Notes under the pieces: generated by a model | What the model was told of the DNA's origin: nothing | Database searches by the model: none | Seen by the model: only the letters and a program-made list of their open reading frames with translations | Program-made: the position numbers and the translations under genes | Assembly (NCBI GenBank): GCA_044226015.1 | Contig: JBGAHS010000009.1 | Coordinates: 96,001 to 160,000, forward strand | Direction of reading: 5' to 3' | From: Candidatus Obscuribacteraceae bacterium | GTDB lineage: Bacteria > Cyanobacteriota > Vampirovibrionia > Obscuribacterales > Obscuribacteraceae | DNA: 64,000 nucleotides | Shown: one piece after another, positions 54,908-64,000 of the stretch | Position numbering within the stretch: the first letter of the stretch is position 1 | How the letters are laid out: the number at the start of each line of letters is the position of its first letter

Positions 54908-56365
54908 TTAGTAGTTGTTCTTGTAGCGTACGTATTCGTCCATTCGAGGCATCAATGCGAGATAGGCGCAAACTATTGTCAAAATGCTTCCCAGCACAGA
55001 ATCCAGAGCCAGTCCTTCGAGCGATCGGAAGGCTTCCTTTAAAGCGACATCCATTCTGTTTTTGTTGATATCTAGAGCTTGTGTGACAGCGTAATCGAGT
55101 TTTGTGAAGGGGTACTTGCTGCCTTCGGGGTTGTAGCTCAGGCATTTGCGAACTGCTTCATCATGCGAGCCTCCGTCAACCAATTCTCTGACTTTAGTTT
55201 CAGTTTGGGTGTAAATTGAGAATGCCTCCAGAACATCCACTATAAATTTAGCTTCGCCTGCATAGCAAATATTGTTTGCGGCATCTGCCAGTGAGCCAGT
55301 CATGCCCTGAATGCTGATATGTGCATTCTTTTCAGAGCGCTCTTTAATTTTCTCAACCGTTTTATCTATATTGTTGCCAGCATCGAATGTTGCAATCGCC
55401 CGAATACTAGAATCGTATATTTTGCTGTACTCAGGCGCATTACTTACGTCGAGAAGCTGTCGGCTTGCATTTGCGCATGAATTGCTGGCGTTAGCTCTTG
55501 TTTTTAATAGAGCGAGAATCGAGTCATACGAGTTTTCTTTTGCAGTTTTTATATTCTCACCATTTAACGTCAGCGAGTTTGTTAGATGGTGCAACAAGAG
55601 CGACAAGCCTAGAATAGCAACTAACAAAGGAGGGCTCAATCTGCGTCTGAATTTTACTGCCAAGAAAATCTGTACATATAACAACGAGCAAATCAGCAAA
55701 AGTCCGAGCACAAGCAGAAAACCTCGTGAAAGGTTGCTCGCTGATTTTTCTTGATTGTAGGTTGATTCCAGCACGCCGCTGTTGTTCTTTTCCAGTGCGT
55801 CAATATTCGGTAAAAGCTCATTTTGCACCGTTTCGAAGGCCAGGCGGTAAACTTTGATGGACTCTTCTCGCTCACCAGCAGTGTGTAAATCTCTTGCCTG
55901 TTGTGACAGCATCGCATATCTGCCAAGAGCTAGCTGAATGTTCTCAATTGGCTCGCGTTCACCTTTATAAGTTATATTCTCAGCTGCTGCGACAAGTCGT
56001 TTGCAGGCGACCTCTCTCCACTGCTCGTAATCTTTTTCTCTGTCACTGCATTCCGGAACGTTTGGGCTGTAGAGAAGTTCATCAGCAAGATCGGTATCCA
56101 TCGAAAGTACAGCGTTTTTGATTTCATAAGCTGCTACCACAGATGGTGCAGCATCAACGCCAACTGTTCTCACTGCAAATTCGTGCTGGTGAATTGTTGA
56201 AACTGCATATGCGCAAAAAACAGCGCTAAAAGCTGAAATAAGAAAGAGCAAGAAGGCCAGCCTTGCTGGAGTAACAGTGCGCAGCCTGAAGAAAAACGCG
56301 CCGGAAGCCCCGGGGGGTTGACTGCATTGCTTGGTTTCGGCGTCCACTTCTCTTGTATCTTGCAT
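54908..56365 (-). CDS. GlnX-like 4-TM protein with two extracytoplasmic four-helix sensor domains
   Basis: TM, then TVGVDAAPSVVAA helical domain, TM-RRRLSPPL-TM, second helical domain, and TM ending LMPRMDEY. This matches the architecture of actinobacterial GlnX as I recall it. Confidence 0.7.
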   Translation of the reverse strand: MQDTREVDAETKQCSQPPGASGAFFFRLRTVTPARLAFLLFLISAFSAVFCAYAVSTIHQHEFAVRTVGVDAAPSVVAAYEIKNAVLSMDTDLADELLYSPNVPECSDREKDYEQWREVACKRLVAAAENITYKGEREPIENIQLALGRYAMLSQQARDLHTAGEREESIKVYRLAFETVQNELLPNIDALEKNNSGVLESTYNQEKSASNLSRGFLLVLGLLLICSLLYVQIFLAVKFRRRLSPPLLVAILGLSLLLHHLTNSLTLNGENIKTAKENSYDSILALLKTRANASNSCANASRQLLDVSNAPEYSKIYDSSIRAIATFDAGNNIDKTVEKIKERSEKNAHISIQGMTGSLADAANNICYAGEAKFIVDVLEAFSIYTQTETKVRELVDGGSHDEAVRKCLSYNPEGSKYPFTKLDYAVTQALDINKNRMDVALKEAFRSLEGLALDSVLGSILTIVCAYLALMPRMDEYVRYKNNY

Positions 56366-56367
56366 GT

Positions 56368-57036
56368 TCAAAACCAGGTCATCTTTCTCACGCTGTTTGC
56401 TTCATCAACCAGCGCGATTCTATCTTCAATGCTTGTTGCAAGGTGTGCGCAATGACGCAGTGCTTTTTCTGCCGCATCGCGCAGTTGGTTTTCGTTCAAT
56501 GGAATTCCAAGCAACATAACGGAGTCATCAGGTCGCAATTGTCTGCGTTCTAATTGTCGAATGGCGGCCATCCACAGGTCGGCTTGAGCTCGCCAGGCTT
56601 CGAATTTGTCTGGGCTGACTGTCTCAAGTACCGAGGCCGCTTTGAGCAGTTCATCTTTTCCTCTTTCCGAAGTCTCGTCGATTGCTTTCAGGCGTGCAGA
56701 TAACTTCATCAAGTTTTGAGGCGCACTGCGCCTCTTGTCGTACATCGGTGCCGTCACGCTCGCAGACTCAGCCCTGGGTGCGGTGACATTCTCTGAGTTC
56801 GCGTTCTTTTCCTCTGCACCGTTGTTACTGATTGGCGATTGAGCCGCAACGGGCTGTCGAGCCGGGGAGGGTTCGGTTGCTGCAGCAGGCAATTCAGCTA
56901 GCTTTCTTTCAACGCCAGCGCTTTTGACTTCTACGGATTGCGGTACATCGGACTCAGCCCTGAGGTTTGCGCTGCCACAGGTGTTGCAGGCTCCTTCCTC
57001 TATGTATCCTTCGCATTCTGTTTTAGGGCACTTCAT
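56368..57036 (-). CDS. PknG-like protein lacking a kinase domain (N-terminal Zn ribbon plus PknG C-terminal helical region)
   Basis: N-terminus CPKTECEGYIEEGACNTCG. C-terminus LLGIPLNENQLRDAAEKALRHCAHLATSIEDRIALVDEANSVRKMTWF resembles the PknG C-terminus. No HRD or DFG kinase motifs. Confidence 0.75.
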   Translation of the reverse strand: MKCPKTECEGYIEEGACNTCGSANLRAESDVPQSVEVKSAGVERKLAELPAAATEPSPARQPVAAQSPISNNGAEEKNANSENVTAPRAESASVTAPMYDKRRSAPQNLMKLSARLKAIDETSERGKDELLKAASVLETVSPDKFEAWRAQADLWMAAIRQLERRQLRPDDSVMLLGIPLNENQLRDAAEKALRHCAHLATSIEDRIALVDEANSVRKMTWF

Positions 57037-57190
57037 TTTGAACTGGGTCTACCCGAACTAGTTTCCTAAATTCAATAAGCTTACAACTGCAGTGACATTG
57101 AGCGTTCAAACTTGGGGAAAGTTTGATGCAAGCTTACAAAATCTTAATACCGCTTTGCTTTTAGGAATTAAAAGCTCCTTCAGTGCTTAA

Positions 57191-59131
57191 ATGCAAACGA
57201 ACAGACAGGAGCCATGCTGCCAAGTGAGTGACTTTTCAAGCAAATTCAAAGATTGGTTCTTGCAAGGAAGCAAACCAGAAGCTAATCAAGAGCATCACAC
57301 CGATGCCTGGTGGCGGGTCATGTGTTTGACTGGTGTAGACTACTTCTCAACCCTGGGATATCAACCGGGTATTGCTTTCCTGGCTTCTGGAGTTTTGTCA
57401 CCGGTTGCTACTTTTATTCTTGTGCTTGTCACCTTATTTGGTGCACTTCCCACATATGCAGTGGTCGCTAAAGAAAGTCCAAACGGACAAGGTAGTGTTG
57501 CTATCTTGGAAAAAATGTTGCCAGGCTGGCAGGGAAAAGCGCTGGTTCTTGCTTTGCTGGGTTTTGCCGCGACTGCATTTATCATCACTATCACTCTTTC
57601 TGCAGCTGACGCTGCAGCCCACATTTTAGGAAACCCTGCCATTCCCGAGTTTCTGCGCGAGAGAAAAATTGAAGTAACTATATTCCTTTTGGGGCTTCTC
57701 GGTGCACTGTTCTTGAAAGGCTTCAAGGAAGCAATTGGACTCTCGTTTTTCATTGTCGCAAGCTACCTTTCTCTTTCGGCCGTTATCATCGGGAAGGGCT
57801 GCATGATTCTCTTGCAGCACAGCGAATATCTCGAGAACTGGCAGCATCTTTTGCTGACTGAATACCCTAACCCTCTTACAATGATTGGCGTCGCCGTTGT
57901 GATGTTTCCAAAATTGGCGCTGGGATTATCTGGATTTGAGACAGGTGTTGCAGTGATGCCCCTTGTTAGTGGTGACCCAAGCGATACGCCAGAAAATCCG
58001 GCTGGAAGAATTCGAAACGCTCGATTATTGCTTGCTTCAGCCGCTGGTATTATGAGCGTGTTTCTCATTCTCAGTAGTATTGTTACGACTGTTCTCATAC
58101 CGGCGCCACTCTTTGAGGAAGGTGCCGATGCCAATGGAAGAGCACTTTCTTATCTCGCGCATGAACACTTGGGTCATGCCTTTGGTACCGTATATGATGT
58201 CAGCACTATTCTGATTCTCTGGTTTGCCGGTGCGTCGGCTATCGCAGGTCTCTTGAGTCTTGTTCCAAAATACTTGCCGCGCTTTGGCATGGCACCAAGC
58301 TGGTCTGCCGCAGTGCGACCCTTAGTAGTGTTTTTTACCGTGGTTGCTTTTGGTGTGACTTATCTTTTCAAAGCAGATGTTGATGCGCAGGCTGCTGCGT
58401 ATGCAACTGGTGTTCTTGTTTTGATTACGTCTGCTGCGATTGCCGCAACAATATGTGTCTGGAATGAAAGTGCTAAGAAGCGATGGTTCATGTTGACCAT
58501 TAGCTTTATCTTTGTGTACACGTCATTTGCAAATATGTCTGAGCGCCCTGAAGGTGTGCAAATTGCACTATTCTTTATTACCAGTATTCTCGGAGCCTCC
58601 GTCATTTCCAGAGCTTTGCGCTCGACTGAGCTGCGCGTTGAAAAAGTTCTGCTCGACCCAAAAGCACTTTCATTTGTAGAGCAGGCGCTCGAAAACAAAT
58701 GGGGCGAAATCAGAATTCTTGCGCACCGTCATGGCATGCGTGACTTTAAAGATAAAGAGGAAAGGTCTCGTCGTATTCACAGCGTACAGGTGGAAGAAGG
58801 CGACTTCATTTTCCTGGAAGTGGAACTGTCGGACGCCTCAGACTTCTCTGAAGACCTTTTGCAGGTGACGGGATACGAAGAGCAAGGCTTTAAGATCTTG
58901 CGTTGTGCTAACCCGGCGGTACCTAATGCCATCGCAGCTGTCTTGCTAGACCTGCGCAATCGAACCAGCAAGGTGCCGCATGTTTATTTTAACTGGACTG
59001 ACGGGCATCCTATCGCCTACACCTTCAAATACATCTTTTTTGGGGAAGGCGAAACTGCTTCCATTACACGGGAAATCTTGCGTTCTGCTGAACCTCTGGA
59101 GTCTTTACGTCCTATCGTCCACGTTGGTTAA
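57191..59131 (+). CDS. APC superfamily amino-acid/cation transporter
   Basis: About 12 TM helices; [26 protein letters not shown] and LSGFETGV motifs; soluble C-terminal domain. Confidence 0.85.
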   Translation: MQTNRQEPCCQVSDFSSKFKDWFLQGSKPEANQEHHTDAWWRVMCLTGVDYFSTLGYQPGIAFLASGVLSPVATFILVLVTLFGALPTYAVVAKESPNGQGSVAILEKMLPGWQGKALVLALLGFAATAFIITITLSAADAAAHILGNPAIPEFLRERKIEVTIFLLGLLGALFLKGFKEAIGLSFFIVASYLSLSAVIIGKGCMILLQHSEYLENWQHLLLTEYPNPLTMIGVAVVMFPKLALGLSGFETGVAVMPLVSGDPSDTPENPAGRIRNARLLLASAAGIMSVFLILSSIVTTVLIPAPLFEEGADANGRALSYLAHEHLGHAFGTVYDVSTILILWFAGASAIAGLLSLVPKYLPRFGMAPSWSAAVRPLVVFFTVVAFGVTYLFKADVDAQAAAYATGVLVLITSAAIAATICVWNESAKKRWFMLTISFIFVYTSFANMSERPEGVQIALFFITSILGASVISRALRSTELRVEKVLLDPKALSFVEQALENKWGEIRILAHRHGMRDFKDKEERSRRIHSVQVEEGDFIFLEVELSDASDFSEDLLQVTGYEEQGFKILRCANPAVPNAIAAVLLDLRNRTSKVPHVYFNWTDGHPIAYTFKYIFFGEGETASITREILRSAEPLESLRPIVHVG

Positions 59132-59191
59132 TTCAGCTACCCTCAGCTTCCCAATGCTGTTAGAATGCAACTTGTCTCCTGATTGCTTTTA

Positions 59192-60628
59192 ATGAAACCT
59201 ATGCGAAAAAGTGTACTACTTATATCGGGGTTGTTGGCTTTCTCGCTGTCTTTGAATCATGCTTTGCGCGCTGATGCTCAAGCTCAAGAGGCAGCGATGG
59301 ACACTGGTGAAAACTCACCGCAGGCAAAGCGAAACATAATTGCTGAACATGTTAATCGAGGCAATCGATTGATGTCAGCCAAACAGTTTCAGGGTGCACT
59401 TTCGGAATATGATGCAGCTAAAAAGCTTGACCCGAACAATCCTATAGTACGCCAGAACATTGCTGAGTGCCGGAATAACATGGGTATTCAGCTCTTTCGA
59501 TCGCGGCATTTTGCTGATGCGATTGTTCAATTTGAAAAATGCTTGAAGGTAAATCCTAATCACGCGCAGGCTCGCCGGAATATTAGTTTGTGCCAGCAAA
59601 CTATGGACCAGCTCGGAGTTTATGACGCTCCCTCCGGCGACGACGAAGATGAAACCGAAAACAAACCGGAAAAAACGGCAAAGACTGAGCAGAAGCCTGA
59701 AGATACAAGTCCCAAAGTTGTTGGTGGAAGCGAATCTGCGATGACCGTGAGTTCTGGTGGGACAGCCATGTTCGCATCTGGCAATTCGCTTTATCCATCT
59801 TATTCAACACAGGGTACAGCCTCCAGTAAGAAAACGGAGCCCACGATTCCCATCACCAAGCCCACTAAGCCTGTCGCAAAAGCTGGAGCGAGCAATTCTG
59901 TTGGTACTGGTACGGCAACCCTTGATGCAGCAGGAGCTGGCACTAACGCTGCTGCTGGAACTGGGACGAGCACTGGTTCTGCAATCGGTGGAGCTGGAAG
60001 CGCCAGCTCTGGCAACAATTCGGATAACTCTCAAGCACTTGGACCTAACGGAGTCTCAGCAGGAAGTGCCTTCGAACCAGTGATTCCTGGAACAGTACCA
60101 ACAATAGCGCAACCTCCCGATTCAACTGCCGCGACGCCGTCCGCAATGCATGGTTCTTCACCCAATCAAGCCGCGTTGGCGGCTGGATATGCGCCAGCCG
60201 CTGTTGATACTACGACAACGCCAGCTGCATCTAATGCTACTAAGCCGGCGCCATCCCAGGCTGATGCATTTTTGAATGCGCTAGCAAAAGAACAAGGTGC
60301 CCCGGCTTCGACGCAGCCCGGTTTAGTCGCTTCCAGCCAAGCAGGTTCTCCATCACAGCCAGTTTCTCAAACACTGGTGACTCCATCGGTATCTTCTGCA
60401 GCACAAGCTTCACCTTCAGCTTTGGCTTCCTCTCAAGCTTTTCCAGAAGCCGCCTCGCTTGAAGACAAGGTTGCAAGCCTGGAAATTAAAGTCTATGGAA
60501 AGAAGAATGATCAGCTTCCGATCTTGAAGCGCATCGAGCAGCTGGAGGTCGATTACATAGGGCAAGCTCGCCAGGGTACTCTAAATGAGCGAGTCGAAAA
60601 TCTTCGCAAGCAAATATTGCATAATTAA
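59192..60628 (+). CDS. Secreted TPR protein with Ala/Ser/Gly/Pro-rich linker and small C-terminal helical repeat domain
   Basis: Signal peptide, TPR repeats, a long low-complexity linker, and C-terminus LEDKVASLEIKVYG...LKRIEQLE...LNERVENL. Confidence 0.8.
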   Translation: MKPMRKSVLLISGLLAFSLSLNHALRADAQAQEAAMDTGENSPQAKRNIIAEHVNRGNRLMSAKQFQGALSEYDAAKKLDPNNPIVRQNIAECRNNMGIQLFRSRHFADAIVQFEKCLKVNPNHAQARRNISLCQQTMDQLGVYDAPSGDDEDETENKPEKTAKTEQKPEDTSPKVVGGSESAMTVSSGGTAMFASGNSLYPSYSTQGTASSKKTEPTIPITKPTKPVAKAGASNSVGTGTATLDAAGAGTNAAAGTGTSTGSAIGGAGSASSGNNSDNSQALGPNGVSAGSAFEPVIPGTVPTIAQPPDSTAATPSAMHGSSPNQAALAAGYAPAAVDTTTTPAASNATKPAPSQADAFLNALAKEQGAPASTQPGLVASSQAGSPSQPVSQTLVTPSVSSAAQASPSALASSQAFPEAASLEDKVASLEIKVYGKKNDQLPILKRIEQLEVDYIGQARQGTLNERVENLRKQILHN

Positions 60629-60658
60629 ATGCAATCTCTTACTTCACACGAAATCAGC

Positions 60659-60946
60659 TCAGGGAGCCTTCTTTGACTCGAATATTCTGTCGTAAACAAT
60701 AACACCAATCATCCATATCGGAATAATTCCGACCGCGATTTCAAAAACTGTGAAGACGAAATCATGCTCACAGAGCCAGTCAACGATGTGATCTAGCTGG
60801 TATTTGAGTAGTGGAGAAATGTTTGAGAGCAGAATAATAGCTAATAGAGTAAGGGGCAAAGCAATTTCAATGCCCAGAACCCTTCCCCTTCTTTCAGGAG
60901 AAATCGTGCTTGCTGGTTTTCGAAAAGGGAAAACTGATTGAACCAT
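60659..60946 (-). CDS. Small two-TM membrane protein
   Basis: 95 aa with two hydrophobic helices; GGTGG upstream of the ATG. Confidence 0.55.
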   Translation of the reverse strand: MVQSVFPFRKPASTISPERRGRVLGIEIALPLTLLAIILLSNISPLLKYQLDHIVDWLCEHDFVFTVFEIAVGIIPIWMIGVIVYDRIFESKKAP

Positions 60947-61348
60947 AGCACCACCAGTAGCGTCACAATCTACTAAAGACCATCATACATTGCAGAACTG
61001 GCTTGTCAAGCGCTTTTGAGAATTGAGTATCTGTCGATTACTCTTTGATACTGAGCTTCTGAGTTGAGGACTAAATGTGTAATCGCTTGAAACGATTGGT
61101 TCGCAGGGGTTTTGGGTTGAGCTCTTTGTCTGTGGAATTGTCGAATCCAAAAAAACTTCTGGCTTGTGTCTTCAAGCGTCGCAACAGTCCGTGCAGGTCT
61201 AGACGGCAGCCGGTACAATATGCGGCTGTCGGCATCATCAGGCCGAGCAGCTGCACGCAACGATAGCGTCGTTGAGTGGCTTGAGCAAACAACTCAGCAA
61301 AATGGCTGTAGATATCATTGAAATAAGCTTCAGAGCAGGGGTTTTTGC

Positions 61349-63973
61349 ATGACTACTGAAACGGGAACAGTCAAAATGAAAGAATTGCCAAGCCATTTTG
61401 AATCGCTACCAGCAGAGGAAAAATGGGATAAGATCTGGGATTCGTGGGGAATTCACAAGTACGACCCAAGCCGTTCTCGTGAGGACACTTTTGTCGTAGA
61501 CACCCCGCCTCCGACTGTCTCTGGCTCTCTGCACGTCGGACACGTCTTCAGTTACACGCACACAGATGTCATCGTTCGTTATAACAGAATGAACGGAAAG
61601 AACATCTTCTATCCGATGGGATGGGATGATAATGGCTTGCCTACTGAGCGGCGCGTGCAAAATTACTACAACGTTCGCTGTGAGCATAGCTCAGCGGGTG
61701 AATATCTTGATGCAAAAACTGCATCTGAAACCTACAAAAAGGACGACCCGCCGAGACTGGTTTCACGTCCTAACTTCATCGATTTGTGTTTGGCATTGAC
61801 GCAAGAAGATGAGAAGGTCTTCAAAGCATTATGGCGTCGCATCGGTCTTTCAGTAGACTGGAACCAAGAATATTCGACCATCGATAAGCACAGCATCAAG
61901 ATTGCTCAACAAAGTTTTGTTGACCTGTTCAAGAAGCAACACGTCTATAGTGTCGAAGCTCCGACAATGTGGGATGTCGATTTCCAAACGGCAGTCGCTC
62001 AGGCAGAGCTGGAAGACCGCGATGTAACAGGAAACTTCCACAACATTCGCTTTGGTGTAGAAGGCAGTGACGATTCGTTTGTCATTGCGACAACACGTCC
62101 AGAACTTTTGCCAGCTTGCGTGGGCGTTGCAGCGCATCCTGAAGATGATCGCTACAAGCATCTCTTTGGCAAAAATGCGGTGACCCCTGCCTTCCATGTA
62201 CCTGTGCCGATTTTCGCAAGCGAACTTGTAGACAAAGAAAAAGGCACCGGCATTCTCATGGTCTGTACTTTTGGTGATGCAACAGACGTTCAGTGGTGGA
62301 AAGAGCACAAGCTCAAAATTCGCCAGATTTTTGGACGCAACGGAAGGCTCATAAATACAGAGTTTGGAACTAGCGGCTGGGAAAGTTTGAAGCCTGAGCT
62401 AGCAAATGCGAACTATCAGTTGATTGCTGGTCGCAACGTTAAGCAAGCTCAGAAGCTCGTTGTTGAAATGATGCGCAAGCCAGAAAATGCTGCCTGTGGT
62501 TCTGAAGCACCGCTAACTGAAGAGCCAAAGCCGCTAACTCATGCTGTCAAATTCTATGAGAAAGGTGACAAGCCTCTCGAGTTCATCACGACCAGGCAGG
62601 TTCGTTTGATGGACAAGAAAGAAGCACTCGTGAAGAAGGGTGATGAAATCACCTGGTATCCTGAGCACATGCGCCTTCGCTACAAGAATTGGACAGAAAA
62701 TTTGCAGTTCGATTGGTGTGTTAGTAGGCAACGCTACTTTGGTGTACCGTTCCCTGTTTGGTACCCCACAGATGCAAACGGTGAGATTGATTATGACCAT
62801 CCGATCGTTGCTGATATGAAGTCACTTCCTGTTGACCCGGTCAGCGACCCCGCTCCAGGTTTTGATGAGTCGATGCGCGGGAAGCCAAATGGATTCGTGG
62901 GCGAAAGCGATGTGTTTGACACATGGTTTACCAGTTCCATGACACCTCAGTTGTGCTCACAGTGGCTACTCGATGATAATCGCCATAAGAATCTTTTCCC
63001 GATGGACATTCGCCCTCAGTCGCATGAAATCATCAGAACATGGGCGTTCTACACCATCGCAAAGGCAATGCTTCATGAAGATAAAGTGCCTTGGAAGCAA
63101 GTTGCAATTTCTGGCTGGGTTCTCGACCCAGATAGAAAGAAGATGTCGAAGAGCAAAGGAAATGTTCTGACTCCGATGCATTTGCTCGATCAATACGGCG
63201 CTGACGGCGTTCGCTACTGGTCTGCCAGTGCGCGTCTTGGCACCGACACTGCGTTTGACGAAAGCATAATGAAAAACGGAAAACGCCTTGTGACTAAGTT
63301 GTTCAATGCTGGAAAGTTCGTTCTCGGACTGAAAGGTGATTCAGCTGCAATCGAACATGAAATTGACCGTGCTTTCATGGACAGATTGCGTTCGCTGGTA
63401 GCTCGTTCGAGAGCAAATTTTGAAAAGATGGATTATGGCTCAGCTCTCTCAGAAATTGAGCGATTCTTCTGGGCAGATTTCACCGATGTGTATCTCGAAT
63501 TAGTTAAAACCAGAGCCTACAATGAATCCGAAGGCAGTGGACGAGGCTCGGCTCTTGCAGCACTTCGAACTGCCCTCAGCGTTTTGTTGCGTCTCTTTGC
63601 ACCATTCTTGCCATACATTACTGAAGAGGTTTGGTCCTGGTCATTTGCTGAGGAAACTGGCAAAAAGAGCGTTCATGTCGCCAGCTATCCTGACGAAGCG
63701 GATTTGAATTCCAAGCCTTCATCCAACGCGACTTTGTTTGATGTGGTTGCCAACTCAAGAAGCAAGGTTAACCAGAAGAAAACTGAAGAACAAAAATCTG
63801 TAGGTGCAGAAGTCGCATCAATAGTCATTCAAGGGAATCAAAGTACGATTTCTCTACTTGAATTAGCAAAGTCTGACTTTCAAGCTGCTTGCAAAATTGC
63901 TAATTTAGAACTGCAGTTAAGTGCTGACCTACCTGACGGTGAAGTCAACATCTCACAGATCCAAATGAAATAA
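61349..63973 (+). CDS. valS: Valine--tRNA ligase (archaeal/actinobacterial-like type)
   Basis: DTPPPTVSGSLHVGH, GWDDNGLPTE, TTRPELL, DWCVSRQR, DTWFTSS and KMSKS motifs. Confidence 0.95.
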   Translation: MTTETGTVKMKELPSHFESLPAEEKWDKIWDSWGIHKYDPSRSREDTFVVDTPPPTVSGSLHVGHVFSYTHTDVIVRYNRMNGKNIFYPMGWDDNGLPTERRVQNYYNVRCEHSSAGEYLDAKTASETYKKDDPPRLVSRPNFIDLCLALTQEDEKVFKALWRRIGLSVDWNQEYSTIDKHSIKIAQQSFVDLFKKQHVYSVEAPTMWDVDFQTAVAQAELEDRDVTGNFHNIRFGVEGSDDSFVIATTRPELLPACVGVAAHPEDDRYKHLFGKNAVTPAFHVPVPIFASELVDKEKGTGILMVCTFGDATDVQWWKEHKLKIRQIFGRNGRLINTEFGTSGWESLKPELANANYQLIAGRNVKQAQKLVVEMMRKPENAACGSEAPLTEEPKPLTHAVKFYEKGDKPLEFITTRQVRLMDKKEALVKKGDEITWYPEHMRLRYKNWTENLQFDWCVSRQRYFGVPFPVWYPTDANGEIDYDHPIVADMKSLPVDPVSDPAPGFDESMRGKPNGFVGESDVFDTWFTSSMTPQLCSQWLLDDNRHKNLFPMDIRPQSHEIIRTWAFYTIAKAMLHEDKVPWKQVAISGWVLDPDRKKMSKSKGNVLTPMHLLDQYGADGVRYWSASARLGTDTAFDESIMKNGKRLVTKLFNAGKFVLGLKGDSAAIEHEIDRAFMDRLRSLVARSRANFEKMDYGSALSEIERFFWADFTDVYLELVKTRAYNESEGSGRGSALAALRTALSVLLRLFAPFLPYITEEVWSWSFAEETGKKSVHVASYPDEADLNSKPSSNATLFDVVANSRSKVNQKKTEEQKSVGAEVASIVIQGNQSTISLLELAKSDFQAACKIANLELQLSADLPDGEVNISQIQMK

Positions 63974-64000
63974 ACAAGCGTCAAGCGCGTTAGTGGTTCA

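Noticed and set aside
57128..57152. KdpE/OmpR-like direct repeat upstream of the APC transporter
   Set aside because: Only a loose AT-rich match, and no cognate regulator in the window.
60960..61345. Short ORFs or a possible T-box leader upstream of valS
   Set aside because: No T-box consensus, and the overlapping ORFs have no RBS or recognisable motif.

Overview
Bacterial chromosomal window with no rRNA, tRNA, CRISPR array or transposase that I can see. The gene content suggests a non-photosynthetic cyanobacterial relative (Melainabacteria/Obscuribacterales-like); this is inference from the CtpA, TPR-matrixin, membrane PH-kinase paralogues and giant Gly/Ser/Thr-rich secreted proteins. Housekeeping and metabolic genes include a MATE pump, ctpA, mtnP, an acyl-CoA carboxylase beta subunit, a SWIM-SNF2 helicase, an M28 peptidase, a tandem USP, an aldehyde dehydrogenase, a GH25 lysozyme, a TrmJ-like methylase, a prolyl hydroxylase, an acyl-CoA ligase, an APC transporter and valS. 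Most notable: (1) a minus-strand cluster (52877-57036) encoding a PknG-like protein with no kinase domain, overlapping a GlnX-like sensor, followed by a lipoprotein and a protein with a possible ubiquitin-like N-domain ending in Gly-Gly; (2) two paralogous giant secreted proteins sharing an N-terminal module (about 4660 aa at 35958-49952, and a partial one at <1-3096 missed by the ORF track), the complete one ending in a FecR-like rather than autotransporter domain; (3) three TACCAC-N8-GTGGTA palindromes between a CGNR-zinc-finger-like gene and the MATE gene; (4) a highly structured candidate ncRNA of about 170-200 nt at 3282-3483; (5) a hicAB locus with a frameshifted toxin; (6) tandem kinases with atypical catalytic loops; (7) several small lesions that may be real decay or assembly errors.
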